Assembly (NCBI GenBank): GCA_018882895.1
Contig: VERF01000001.1
Span: 27,286 to 91,285 of the forward strand
Reading direction: 5' to 3'
DNA length: 64,000 nucleotides
Source: Candidatus Kapaibacterium sp.
GTDB lineage: Bacteria; Bacteroidota; Ignavibacteria; Kapaibacteriales; Kapaibacteriaceae
Position numbers and translations under genes: made by a program. Under the pieces are notes generated by a model. It was not told the origin of the DNA, did not search any database, and was given only the letters and a program-made list of their open reading frames with translations. Of the stretch, positions 19,092 through 27,791 are shown piece after piece; within the stretch, counting starts at the first letter, position 1, and each line of letters begins with the position of its first letter.

Positions 19092-20410
19092 TGATTCATG
19101 AACATGCGCAGATCATTGGCCAGCGACGGAGAGGTGCGCTCCAGGATGTCGATGATCTTCTCAGCGTCACTGCGGCGTCCGTTGCGGGCAAGACATCGCG
19201 CAGCTTCAAAAAGCACTGTTGGGCTGTCTTGAAATCGGCTAACGTCATCATCTATGAACCCGGCGGCATCAGCACATCTGTCGGCATCGAAACAGGTTCT
19301 CATGCGTTGAGCGCGGCAGATCTGGGAGGTGTCGCTGAGGTTTACCGACTGGCTATGTGCCCGCAGAGCATCAGCAAAGCTGCCTGCTTTGCGATAGATC
19401 AGCGCAATTCCCAGATAGGCGTTCGATGCAAGGTTGCCGCCGGTTGCGGCACAGCGACGATATGCCTGAATGGCATCTTCGCTGAAACCGAGTCCGTCGT
19501 AAACACGTCCGAGATTGTAGTATGCCTCCGGGTAGTTCGGCTTCAACGATACTGCGCGCTTCAGTGACTTGAGAGCCGAGTCGAGACGCGAGGTTTCGAT
19601 CTGCAACAGCCCTACGTTGAACCAGCCTTGAGCATCTTCCGGTGCGAGCTTGACATATGACTTGGCAACCTCGGCGGCTTCTGCGGTTCGCCCCCTGTCT
19701 TGCAAAGCAACCGTCAAGAGCAGGTGAGCAGAAGCGGTCCCTTTACCGTCGGCGATGGACTGTCTCAGAAATGGAATCGCATCTTCCGGACGACCTGCTG
19801 CCATCGATGCCTCGCCGGCAATCAGCTGCAGATTCGGATCTGCGGGATTTAACTCGGCCGACCGGATGGCAAGCTCGGCCGCTTCGGATGCTCGCCCAAG
19901 CCGAAGGTAGCATCGTGTAAGCTGGCCGGCGATCGTCATGTTTCCCGGCTGACGAAACAAGGACTCCTCGAGGTGGGTGATCGCCTCATCGCACTTGCCG
20001 ATGCCAGACATCAGCATGCCAAGTGCCATTGATGGACCGGCCGAATCCGGTGCGAGGTTCTTTGCCGCCAGAAACAGCCCGATCGCCTTGTCAGGCTGGC
20101 GCAGTCGAACTTGGCACTCGGCTGCGATCATATGTGGCGCATAGGCTCGGGGAAACTGCTCGATGGCCTGCATGGACTGATTGAGCGCGGATTCCAGACG
20201 ACCCTGCCGCATCAGGGCAACGGCAAGAAGGGTCAGTCGATCAATGTCCTTCGGGGCCGAGCGCAGTTCCTTGCGAGTGATCGATTCGACCTGCTTCCAA
20301 TCCTGGCTACGCAGAGCCCGTTGAAGGGGCTCCGAGTATTGTTGGGCTGGCACGTTGGCGGCACAGAGTACCGCCACGAAAGCCACTACGCATGTGCGAA
20401 GGAGGGTCAT
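19088..20410 (-). CDS. Secreted tetratricopeptide (TPR) repeat protein; start at ATG 20410 (signal peptide MTLLRTCVVAFVAVLCAANVPAQQ)
   Basis: Multiple TPR-like 34-aa repeats (AYYNLGRVY, AYLGIALIYRKAGSFADAL, etc.); ATGA start/stop overlap with ribD (20407-20410) and with downstream gene (19088-19091). Confidence 0.7.
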   Translation of the reverse strand: MTLLRTCVVAFVAVLCAANVPAQQYSEPLQRALRSQDWKQVESITRKELRSAPKDIDRLTLLAVALMRQGRLESALNQSMQAIEQFPRAYAPHMIAAECQVRLRQPDKAIGLFLAAKNLAPDSAGPSMALGMLMSGIGKCDEAITHLEESLFRQPGNMTIAGQLTRCYLRLGRASEAAELAIRSAELNPADPNLQLIAGEASMAAGRPEDAIPFLRQSIADGKGTASAHLLLTVALQDRGRTAEAAEVAKSYVKLAPEDAQGWFNVGLLQIETSRLDSALKSLKRAVSLKPNYPEAYYNLGRVYDGLGFSEDAIQAYRRCAATGGNLASNAYLGIALIYRKAGSFADALRAHSQSVNLSDTSQICRAQRMRTCFDADRCADAAGFIDDDVSRFQDSPTVLFEAARCLARNGRRSDAEKIIDILERTSPSLANDLRMFMNH

Positions 20411-21489
20411 CGACTGCGAACATACTGCACGTGGACATCTGAACCCACCTGCAGCAGCTGACGCAGATTCCATCGACGAAGCGGTGTGTCGAGAACCCAC
20501 GTCGGCCCACTGCCGATCATAATGGGTGCGGCATGAAAATGCAGCTCATCGACAAAGTCTTCCCTCAAAAGGCGCGCGGCAACATATGGGCCCCCTTCGG
20601 CCAGGACAGACGTGATCTTCTTGACCGCCAGAGCCGCTAACAGGTCCTTCGTGGCGATGGTCGTTCCGTCGCCCGTCGGCAACACCACCACATCAACTCC
20701 ACGGTCGCGCAGTTCTTCGCGTACATCGCGATCAGACCTGTCCGAGCAGAGAATGATGGTAGGCGTCTCACGGGCAGTCTCCACGAGTTTTGTGCTTGTA
20801 GGAAGTCGGCACATTGAATCGATTACCACGCGCACCGGGTTGCGGCCGGGGCACAGACGCACCGTTAGCTCAGGATTGTCATGCAGTGCGGTTCCGATTC
20901 CGATCATGACTGCATCTACGCATGAGCGGAGCTTGTGGACGTGATATCGACTTTCAGCCGACGTAATGTACCGTGGCTGGTCGACGGGCATTTGTGCACG
21001 CGAATCCAGTGACGTGGCGATCTTGAGCGTGACGTGGGGCAGGCCGGTCGTCATCCAGTGCGCGAAGCGACGGTTGAGATACTCGGCCTCGTCACGAAGC
21101 ACGTCCAGAACGACCTCGATCCCAGCTTCTTGCAGAAGGCGCACACCGCGTCCTGAGACCACCGGATTCGGATCCGTCATGGCCAGTACAACGCGTTCGA
21201 CACCGCTGCGGACGATGGCATCGACGCACGGAGGTTGCTTGCCGTAATGGGTGCAGGGCTCCAGATTGATGTACATCGTGGCACCGCTTGCATTACCGCC
21301 AAGATGGCGCAGGGCATCTGTCTCGGCATGCAGTTCGCCGTATGCGGCATGCCAACCCTCGGCTATCATCACGTTTTCCCGGACGATTACGCAGCCTACC
21401 ATAGGGTTAGGGGCCACATGGCCCGAACCCAGTTGCGCGAGTTGAAGCGCGCGGCGCATCCACTCTTCGTGTGCCATTGCTGTGGTCAT
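20407..21489 (-). CDS. ribD: Bifunctional riboflavin biosynthesis protein RibD (deaminase/reductase)
   Basis: N-terminal CMP/dCMP deaminase zinc motif (HAETDALRHLGGNASGATMYINLEPCTHYGKQPPC) and C-terminal RibD_C reductase domain (VTLKIATSLDSR...). Confidence 0.85.
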   Translation of the reverse strand: MTTAMAHEEWMRRALQLAQLGSGHVAPNPMVGCVIVRENVMIAEGWHAAYGELHAETDALRHLGGNASGATMYINLEPCTHYGKQPPCVDAIVRSGVERVVLAMTDPNPVVSGRGVRLLQEAGIEVVLDVLRDEAEYLNRRFAHWMTTGLPHVTLKIATSLDSRAQMPVDQPRYITSAESRYHVHKLRSCVDAVMIGIGTALHDNPELTVRLCPGRNPVRVVIDSMCRLPTSTKLVETARETPTIILCSDRSDRDVREELRDRGVDVVVLPTGDGTTIATKDLLAALAVKKITSVLAEGGPYVAARLLREDFVDELHFHAAPIMIGSGPTWVLDTPLRRWNLRQLLQVGSDVHVQYVRSR

Positions 21490-22322
21490 TTCAACGGAAT
21501 CGTGATGTCCAAAGTTGTCGAATAGGACGCGCGTCTAACAGGTAGCAGGAAGGTCACGCGATACCGTCCGGGGCGCAGCGGCTCACCATCCAGCGTGATG
21601 CCGTTCCACTCCTGCTGATAGACGTGTGAGGAACCTTTCTGCTCGGGCTCCACGGGCATGATCACGGTCAGATACGCCATGCCATGATCGGATGACCAAA
21701 CGGTCGCCCCTTTGGCGTTGACCACCGAGATACGCAGCTGTTCGGACGATGGAAAGTACTCTCCTTCGACCACGCGTCGGCGGGTTGCGCGAAGTGTGAA
21801 TACGTATCCTGAGTCACTGCCTTGGGAGATCTCCGGCATCAGTGCCAAAGCAGCTGTGTCGACGTTCGTGATCACGCTGTAGAGGTGCTCGCGGTCACCG
21901 ATCGTAGCAAGAATCCGAAACGAAGATGCGCGACGAAAGACCGAAGCGGCAATGTCAGCATAGGCCGACGCTGTTAGCGTCTCTGACCGGCCGGGTGCGC
22001 CCATGGTGGTCTTCGTAATGGGGAGGCGAATGACGCCAGTGTCAGCACCGTAGACAAGAACGTCAGTTGTCGAGGCGTCGATCAGCGCCTTTGCGGCATC
22101 TGGCGACAGGACAAGCCGGAAGGAGGAATCGGTCGATGCCGGCACGACCGTAAGTGCATGCGGCTCAGTATGGACGACCTGTGAGGGGGCATCCGAGCGT
22201 TGGCTGGCCGAAGACGAGCATCCAATGAGAAATGCAGAAGTGGCCATGCAACAGAGCACGGCCACCGGCCACCTCAGCCGTTGCCGAGAATGCTGGAAAG
22301 AAAGCAGAGTTGGGGGGTGCAT
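21486..22322 (-). CDS. Hypothetical lipoprotein (possible true start at 22247, lipobox LIGC)
   Basis: N-terminal signal/lipobox CCMATSAFLIGCSSS; no recognisable domain; ATGA overlap with ribD start. Confidence 0.55.
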   Translation of the reverse strand: MHPPTLLSFQHSRQRLRWPVAVLCCMATSAFLIGCSSSASQRSDAPSQVVHTEPHALTVVPASTDSSFRLVLSPDAAKALIDASTTDVLVYGADTGVIRLPITKTTMGAPGRSETLTASAYADIAASVFRRASSFRILATIGDREHLYSVITNVDTAALALMPEISQGSDSGYVFTLRATRRRVVEGEYFPSSEQLRISVVNAKGATVWSSDHGMAYLTVIMPVEPEQKGSSHVYQQEWNGITLDGEPLRPGRYRVTFLLPVRRASYSTTLDITIPLK

Positions 22323-22386
22323 GTTCGGAGTTCAAATGTGCCGCAGCACAGGCGGCGATGGACGCGCAAAAGTATTGTGTATGCCA

Positions 22387-23190
22387 TCACCAGACAAGTG
22401 CCAAGTTGAGCGCACGCTGAAGACGATCCGATGCTGATCTGGATGCTCTGAGGACGTCATCGTGGTCAAGTATCGGTAGGGTAGCATCTGAGAGCATGTT
22501 GGTCACAAGCGACAGAATCACGGTATCAACGCCGAGCTGCCAAGCCTGCTGTGCTTCTATAGCGGTGGACATACCGACTACGTCTGCGCCGGCCCTGCGC
22601 AGCATACGGACCTCGGCTCTGGTCTCGTAGCTGGGGCCGAGCATTTGCGCCAGAACACCTTGATGCAGGCGGATACCGTCCTGACGACATCTGCGTAGAA
22701 TGGCATCGCACCATTCTGTGGGTCGGCGCCCTGTTCCGAGACGGGGAGATTGCGTGATGACTGTTCTGAAGGTCAGGTCCAAGATGTCATCGACCAGGAC
22801 GATGTCACCAACCGACAGTGAAGGGTTCAGCCCGCCGACGGCATTCATGAGAACTGCGCGGCGGACGTTCAAAAGACTTGCGATCTGCATGAAGATCCCG
22901 CACTGCTCGGGCCTTAGACCCTCGTACATGTGCATGCGTCCGGAACACAGCAGAACAACTCGGCCCATCACATGAATGAGCCGAAACATGTGTGCATGTC
23001 CCTCTACGCTGCCGACGGGCATGCCGGGCACCAGATGGTAGCTGATCGGATCGCCAAGTTCTGCGCCAAATGCGTCGACACTGAATCCTGACCCGGTGAC
23101 AACGACCGCATCAATGGACGTTTGCCAACGTTCAGAGAGAAATCGTGCTGCAGCTTCGGCTGCTTGCGTAGGCAGGGAGAACTTGACCAT
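22387..23190 (-). CDS. Purine nucleoside phosphorylase / MTA phosphorylase family protein (paralog 1); start placed at ATG 23190 (alternative 23232)
   Basis: PNP/MTAP family I motifs (VVVTGSGFS, VEGHAHMFRLI, GRMHMYEGL, GADVVGMSTAIEA); alignment of MVKFSLPTQAAEAAARFL with B. subtilis PunA N-terminus suggests 23190. Confidence 0.75.
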   Translation of the reverse strand: MVKFSLPTQAAEAAARFLSERWQTSIDAVVVTGSGFSVDAFGAELGDPISYHLVPGMPVGSVEGHAHMFRLIHVMGRVVLLCSGRMHMYEGLRPEQCGIFMQIASLLNVRRAVLMNAVGGLNPSLSVGDIVLVDDILDLTFRTVITQSPRLGTGRRPTEWCDAILRRCRQDGIRLHQGVLAQMLGPSYETRAEVRMLRRAGADVVGMSTAIEAQQAWQLGVDTVILSLVTNMLSDATLPILDHDDVLRASRSASDRLQRALNLALVW

Positions 23191-23281
23191 GCGACCATCA
23201 AGATACGTCAACGTTTCGATGGTCACCCTCATGAGGGGGCGTATCTTTGCCGTCATTTCACAAGTAACACCGGGAAGAAGT

Positions 23282-24157
23282 ATGATCCGCAGCATGACGG
23301 GATATGGCAAAGCTGAAATGAATGTTGGCTCCGCCCCGTGCACCATCGAGCTTCGCTGCGTCAACGGAAGATTCCTCGAGGTTTCGGCAAAGATCCCTCG
23401 GGAGTATTCTGATAAGGAGCACCGCATCCGTGAGTTCATCAGAGCGCAGGTTTCAAGAGGATCCCTGACGGTGTCCATGCGACGAAATGAATCTCAGCAG
23501 TCATCAAACGTCGCCGTCAACTACAGCGTTGCCGCATCGTACGTAGAGTCACTTCGAGACCTGCAACAGAACCTTGGTATCGGCGGTACGATCAGTATCG
23601 AGCAACTGGTGCTGCTTCCGGGCGTGCTTTCGCCCCCTGACAACGACGAAGATGAAGAGCAAACATGGTCCCAGATCCGTGACGGCCTTCAAACGGCGTT
23701 ACTGGCCCTCAATACCATGCGAGACAAGGAAGGGGCGGACCTTGCACTTGATATTGAACAGCGCCTGGCAGTCATCGAAAGGGGGCTGGCCCAGATCGAA
23801 TCAACGGCTGCACAGCGAGTCGAGAATGAGCGCACGCGCCTTCGCGAACGTGTAGCGCAGATCGTCGGTGAAGTTGGCATTGACGAGACACGGCTGACGT
23901 TGGAGATCGTCCTCTTGTCGGAAAAACTGGATGTTGCTGAAGAGTGCGTGCGTCTTCGCAGTCACATCAAGCACATGCGTCAGTACATGGCCGCGCAGGA
24001 ACATGCAGGAAGAAAGTTGAACTTCCTCTTGCAGGAGATGAACCGTGAAGTCAATACGATAGGGTCCAAGTCAAACAACGCCGACATCGCCATCATCGTT
24101 GTTGAGATGAAGGAAGAACTTGAACGCATCCGCGAACAGGTGCAGAATGTCGAATAA
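23282..24157 (+). CDS. yicC: YicC family stress-induced protein; start at ATG 23282 (MIRSMTGYGKA)
   Basis: Canonical YicC N-terminus MIRSMTGYG and DUF1732 C-terminal region; conserved yicC-gmk adjacency. Confidence 0.85.
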   Translation: MIRSMTGYGKAEMNVGSAPCTIELRCVNGRFLEVSAKIPREYSDKEHRIREFIRAQVSRGSLTVSMRRNESQQSSNVAVNYSVAASYVESLRDLQQNLGIGGTISIEQLVLLPGVLSPPDNDEDEEQTWSQIRDGLQTALLALNTMRDKEGADLALDIEQRLAVIERGLAQIESTAAQRVENERTRLRERVAQIVGEVGIDETRLTLEIVLLSEKLDVAEECVRLRSHIKHMRQYMAAQEHAGRKLNFLLQEMNREVNTIGSKSNNADIAIIVVEMKEELERIREQVQNVE

Positions 24158-24749
24158 GAAGCACCTCATTGTACTGAGCGCCCCCTCCGGAGCAGGCAAG
24201 ACAACGGTGGCTCGACACCTTCTTGCAACGTTTCCGCAGCTGCGCTTCAGTGTCAGTGCCACAACTCGACAGCAGCGTCCCGGTGAGGTTGACGCCAAGG
24301 ATTACTTTTTTCTATCACGCGATGAGTTTCGTCGTGCGATCGAACAATCAGATCTCATCGAATATGAAGAGATCTTTGGCAACTACTACGGCACGCTGCG
24401 GAGCGTGGTCAACGAGGCGGTTGGCCGTGGCGAGTTTCTCGTTTTCGATGTCGACGTCAAGGGGGCTCTTTCTCTAAAGGCGGCATTTCCTGACGACACC
24501 TTGCTGATCTTCGTTGCACCGCCATCACTTGGATCCCTTCGTGAGCGTCTGACGGCGCGACATACCGAGACGCAGGAGCAGATCGATACGCGTTTATCCA
24601 GAGCGGAAATGGAGATGGCGCACCAGGACATGTTTGACGTCGTGCTGGTTAACGCAGACCTTGGGCAGACCCTTTCGAGGTCAGTCGAAATTGTTCGCGA
24701 ACACGTCGAAGGTTCTCCACATCAGCCTTCTCTCTTCTCGGAGCCGTGA
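24147..24749 (+). CDS. gmk: Guanylate kinase; start at ATG 24147 (MSNKKHLIVLSAPSGAGKTT)
   Basis: P-loop SAPSGAGKTT, GMP-binding motifs; overlaps yicC stop by 11 nt. Confidence 0.9.
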   Translation: MSNKKHLIVLSAPSGAGKTTVARHLLATFPQLRFSVSATTRQQRPGEVDAKDYFFLSRDEFRRAIEQSDLIEYEEIFGNYYGTLRSVVNEAVGRGEFLVFDVDVKGALSLKAAFPDDTLLIFVAPPSLGSLRERLTARHTETQEQIDTRLSRAEMEMAHQDMFDVVLVNADLGQTLSRSVEIVREHVEGSPHQPSLFSEP

Positions 24750-24771
24750 CAGAGTCGTAAATTTGCCGTCT

Positions 24772-27210
24772 ATGAAGAAGAGCAAGAAGGTTTCGGACGA
24801 TTCGCTCCCGGCAGGTCTATCACCGGAAGACATCCTCAATGACTACCGCCTGGCCGTTGTCAGCCGCCAGGCATCACTGCTTGGCCGCAAGGAAGTGCTC
24901 ACGGGCAAGGCCAAGTTTGGGATCTTCGGTGATGGCAAGGAGATCGCACAGCTGGCCATGGCCCGGGCCGCGCGACCCGGTGACTGGCGCAGCGGCTACT
25001 ATCGTGATCAGACCTTTATGTTCGCCATTGGCGAGAGCGATATTCAGAAGTTCTTTGCCCAGCTGTACGCGCACACGGACATAGAGGCCGAGCCAGCAAG
25101 TGCAGGTCGGTCCATGAATGGTCACTTCGCGACGCGTTTCCTCAACGGTGACGGTTCGTGGCGATCTCTTACCTCGACGATCAACGTTTCGGCCGATGTG
25201 TCGCCAACCGGTTCTCAAATGCCGCGCCTTGTGGGACTTGCCTATGCTTCACGGCTCTTTCGCGAGGTAGAAGTCCTCGGCAACATGCCTGAACTAAGCG
25301 ACTCCGGCAACGAGGTTGCCTTCGGCACGATCGGCAATGCATCAAGCGCCGAGGGCATGTTCTGGGAAAGCGTCAATGCAATCGGTGTGTTGAAGGCGCC
25401 TGCAGTCATCTCTATTTGGGATGATGGCTACGGCATCAGTGTTCCGAATGAGTTTCAGGTGACGAAATCCAACGTCGGCGAGCTTCTCCAGGGCTTTGCT
25501 CGGCGCGACGGCACGCGGGACGGCTTCGATATTCATGTTGTGCGTGCATGGGACTATGTATCGCTTGTCAGTACATATCGTCAGGCGGCCGAAACTGCTC
25601 GCCGTGAGCACGTGCCGCAGATCATCCATGTGATCGATGTGACGCAGCCACAGGGCCATTCGACGAGTGGTTCCCACGAGCGGTACAAGTCCAGCGAGCG
25701 GCTTGACTGGGAACAGCAGATGGACGGTATCACGCGATTCCGGCAGTGGATCCTGGACCATGGGGTCGCGAGCACCGAAGAGCTTTCAGCTATTGACGAT
25801 GAGGCCGTGCGCCATGTCCAGCAGTCGAAGCAGAACGCCTGGGACGCTTATATCCAACCTATCCGCGGTGAGATCGCAGAGTGTGTGACGGTTCTTCGCG
25901 GAGCTTCAGAGGCCATACGGGCAGCCGGTTCGACCGAGGTCGCCGATGAGATCGCGCGCGTTGCCGATGAGCTTGAGCGTATCCGTGAGCCGTTCCGTCG
26001 TGACATAATGACATCCACACACAGAGCGTTGATCGTTGGGCGTGGCTACACCGCAACGCACATGGCGGAACTTGTTGCATGGAGGCGTGAGCTCGACCAA
26101 CGTGTCCGCCCCCTGTATGCTTCGCACCTACATAGTGAGTCGGCCCATAGTCCCCTGGCAATTAAGCATCAGCCAGCAGAGTATGCCAGTGATTCCCCGA
26201 ATGTCAATGGCTCCGAGGTCATCCGGGCCTGGTTTGATCACGCACTTTCGACTGACCCTCGAGTGGTGATCTTCGGTGAGGATACCGGCAAGCTCGGCGA
26301 CGTCAACCAAGGTACAAGCGGACTCCAGGCAGTGTATGGAGATCTGCGAGTGAGCGACGTGGGCATCCGTGAATGCACCATTCTTGGCCAGGCCATTGGC
26401 CTTGCCATGCGAGGTCTGCGTCCGATCGCTGAGATCCAGTATCTGGACTACTTGCTGTATGCGCTCCAGCTCATGAGTGATGATCTGGCCACCGTGCAAT
26501 GGCGTACGCGAGGGGGACAGAAGGCACCCGTCATTGTGCGCACTCGCGGACACCGACTTGAGGGGATCTGGCACTCCGGCTCGCCGATGGCTGGCATCAT
26601 CAATCTTGTTCGCGGCGTCCACGTGTGCGTACCCCGCAACTTTGTGCAGGCTGCCGGTATGTATCAGACCCTTCTTCAGGGAGACGATCCGGGGTTGATC
26701 GTCGAGGTACTCAACGGCTATCGACTTAAGGAGACGATCCCATCAAACATGGGCGCATATTCCGTGCCGCTCGGAGTTCCTGAGATACTTCGGTCGGGAT
26801 CGGATGTGACGCTCGTTACCTACGGGGCGACCGTGCGCGTGGCGCTTGAGGCGGCTTCAGTTCTTGAGCAGTTCGGCATCTCCGTAGAGGTCATCGATGT
26901 TCAGACGCTGCTTCCATTTGATACGACAGGCGTGATCGTTGAGTCGTTGCAGCGTACCAATCGACTTCTGGTGGTCGACGAAGACGTACCCGGTGGAACA
27001 ACGGCATACATGCTACGTGAGATTCTTGAAGTTCAGAACGGCTTCCGCTGGCTTGACTCAGCCCCGGTAACGCTTTCGGCCCAGCCACACCGTCCGGCTT
27101 ATGGTACAGACGGAAACTACTGGTCAAAGCCCGAGGCAGAGCACATCGTTGATGCCCTCTATGGCATCATGCACGAAGCCGATCCCGGGCGATTCCCGCT
27201 GTTTGCGTAG
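24772..27210 (+). CDS. Fused alpha/beta 2-oxoacid dehydrogenase E1 component (TPP-dependent; transketolase-like C-terminal half); start at ATG 24772
   Basis: N-terminal E1-alpha-like TPP-binding half and C-terminal E1-beta/transketolase-like half (GEDTGKLGDVNQGTSGL ... PFDTTGVIVESLQRTNRLLVVDEDVPGGTTAYML) in one 812-aa chain. Confidence 0.8.
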   Translation: MKKSKKVSDDSLPAGLSPEDILNDYRLAVVSRQASLLGRKEVLTGKAKFGIFGDGKEIAQLAMARAARPGDWRSGYYRDQTFMFAIGESDIQKFFAQLYAHTDIEAEPASAGRSMNGHFATRFLNGDGSWRSLTSTINVSADVSPTGSQMPRLVGLAYASRLFREVEVLGNMPELSDSGNEVAFGTIGNASSAEGMFWESVNAIGVLKAPAVISIWDDGYGISVPNEFQVTKSNVGELLQGFARRDGTRDGFDIHVVRAWDYVSLVSTYRQAAETARREHVPQIIHVIDVTQPQGHSTSGSHERYKSSERLDWEQQMDGITRFRQWILDHGVASTEELSAIDDEAVRHVQQSKQNAWDAYIQPIRGEIAECVTVLRGASEAIRAAGSTEVADEIARVADELERIREPFRRDIMTSTHRALIVGRGYTATHMAELVAWRRELDQRVRPLYASHLHSESAHSPLAIKHQPAEYASDSPNVNGSEVIRAWFDHALSTDPRVVIFGEDTGKLGDVNQGTSGLQAVYGDLRVSDVGIRECTILGQAIGLAMRGLRPIAEIQYLDYLLYALQLMSDDLATVQWRTRGGQKAPVIVRTRGHRLEGIWHSGSPMAGIINLVRGVHVCVPRNFVQAAGMYQTLLQGDDPGLIVEVLNGYRLKETIPSNMGAYSVPLGVPEILRSGSDVTLVTYGATVRVALEAASVLEQFGISVEVIDVQTLLPFDTTGVIVESLQRTNRLLVVDEDVPGGTTAYMLREILEVQNGFRWLDSAPVTLSAQPHRPAYGTDGNYWSKPEAEHIVDALYGIMHEADPGRFPLFA

Positions 27211-27228
27211 TCCCAAATGATTGCTTGC

Positions 27229-27260
27229 CCCTTGCATTTGCAAGGGTTTGGCCCTATTTT
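27229..27260 (+). terminator. Tandem hairpins after the fused E1 gene: CCCTTGCA-TT-TGCAAGGG followed by AGGG-TTTGG-CCCT then ATTTT; candidate terminator and/or Rrf2 operator
   Basis: Perfect 8-bp inverted repeat 27229-27246 directly followed by a second 4-bp stem and a T-run; located 60-77 nt upstream of rrf2 start. Confidence 0.5.
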
Positions 27261-27305
27261 AGACAAAAGAGTCTGAAATCTGCATTCACTACGGGGGACT
27301 CCGGC

Positions 27306-27791
27306 ATGCTTTCCAAGTCCTGTATCTACGGCATTCAGGCAGCCATCTACGTGGCTGCAAATGCCTCCCAGGAGTTCGTCCCGATCAGCCAGATCGCCTC
27401 CGAGCTCAAGATATCGTTCCACTTTTTGACGAAGGTCCTGCAGCAGCTCACTCAGGCTCGCCTCATGAACTCATATCGAGGACCCAAAGGGGGAGTGGCG
27501 CTGGCCAAACCTTCTACTGAGGTCACGCTCTATGATTTGATCGGCGCCATTGATGGCACGGCGATCTTCACCGAATGCATGCTTGGACTTCCCGGCTGCG
27601 GTATCGCAGAACCGTGTCCGGCGCATGAGCATTGGACCAAGGTCAGAAGTGAACTAACCGTGATTGCAAGAAGGCTCACACTGGATAGTATGGCCAAGAA
27701 GGCCGGTGAACTTAATGTCCGCTTGACAGAAGAGTTTCGCTATGCTCAGACCATGTTCCCGGCAATTCGACCTTTGAATGGTAATCATTGA
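27306..27791 (+). CDS. Rrf2 family transcriptional regulator (IscR/NsrR-like, three-Cys cluster site); start at ATG 27306
   Basis: MLSKSCIYGIQAAIYVA... HTH; Cys ligand spacing ECMLGLPGCGIAEPCP as in Fe-S Rrf2 regulators; immediately precedes cbb3 biogenesis genes. Confidence 0.8.
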   Translation: MLSKSCIYGIQAAIYVAANASQEFVPISQIASELKISFHFLTKVLQQLTQARLMNSYRGPKGGVALAKPSTEVTLYDLIGAIDGTAIFTECMLGLPGCGIAEPCPAHEHWTKVRSELTVIARRLTLDSMAKKAGELNVRLTEEFRYAQTMFPAIRPLNGNH

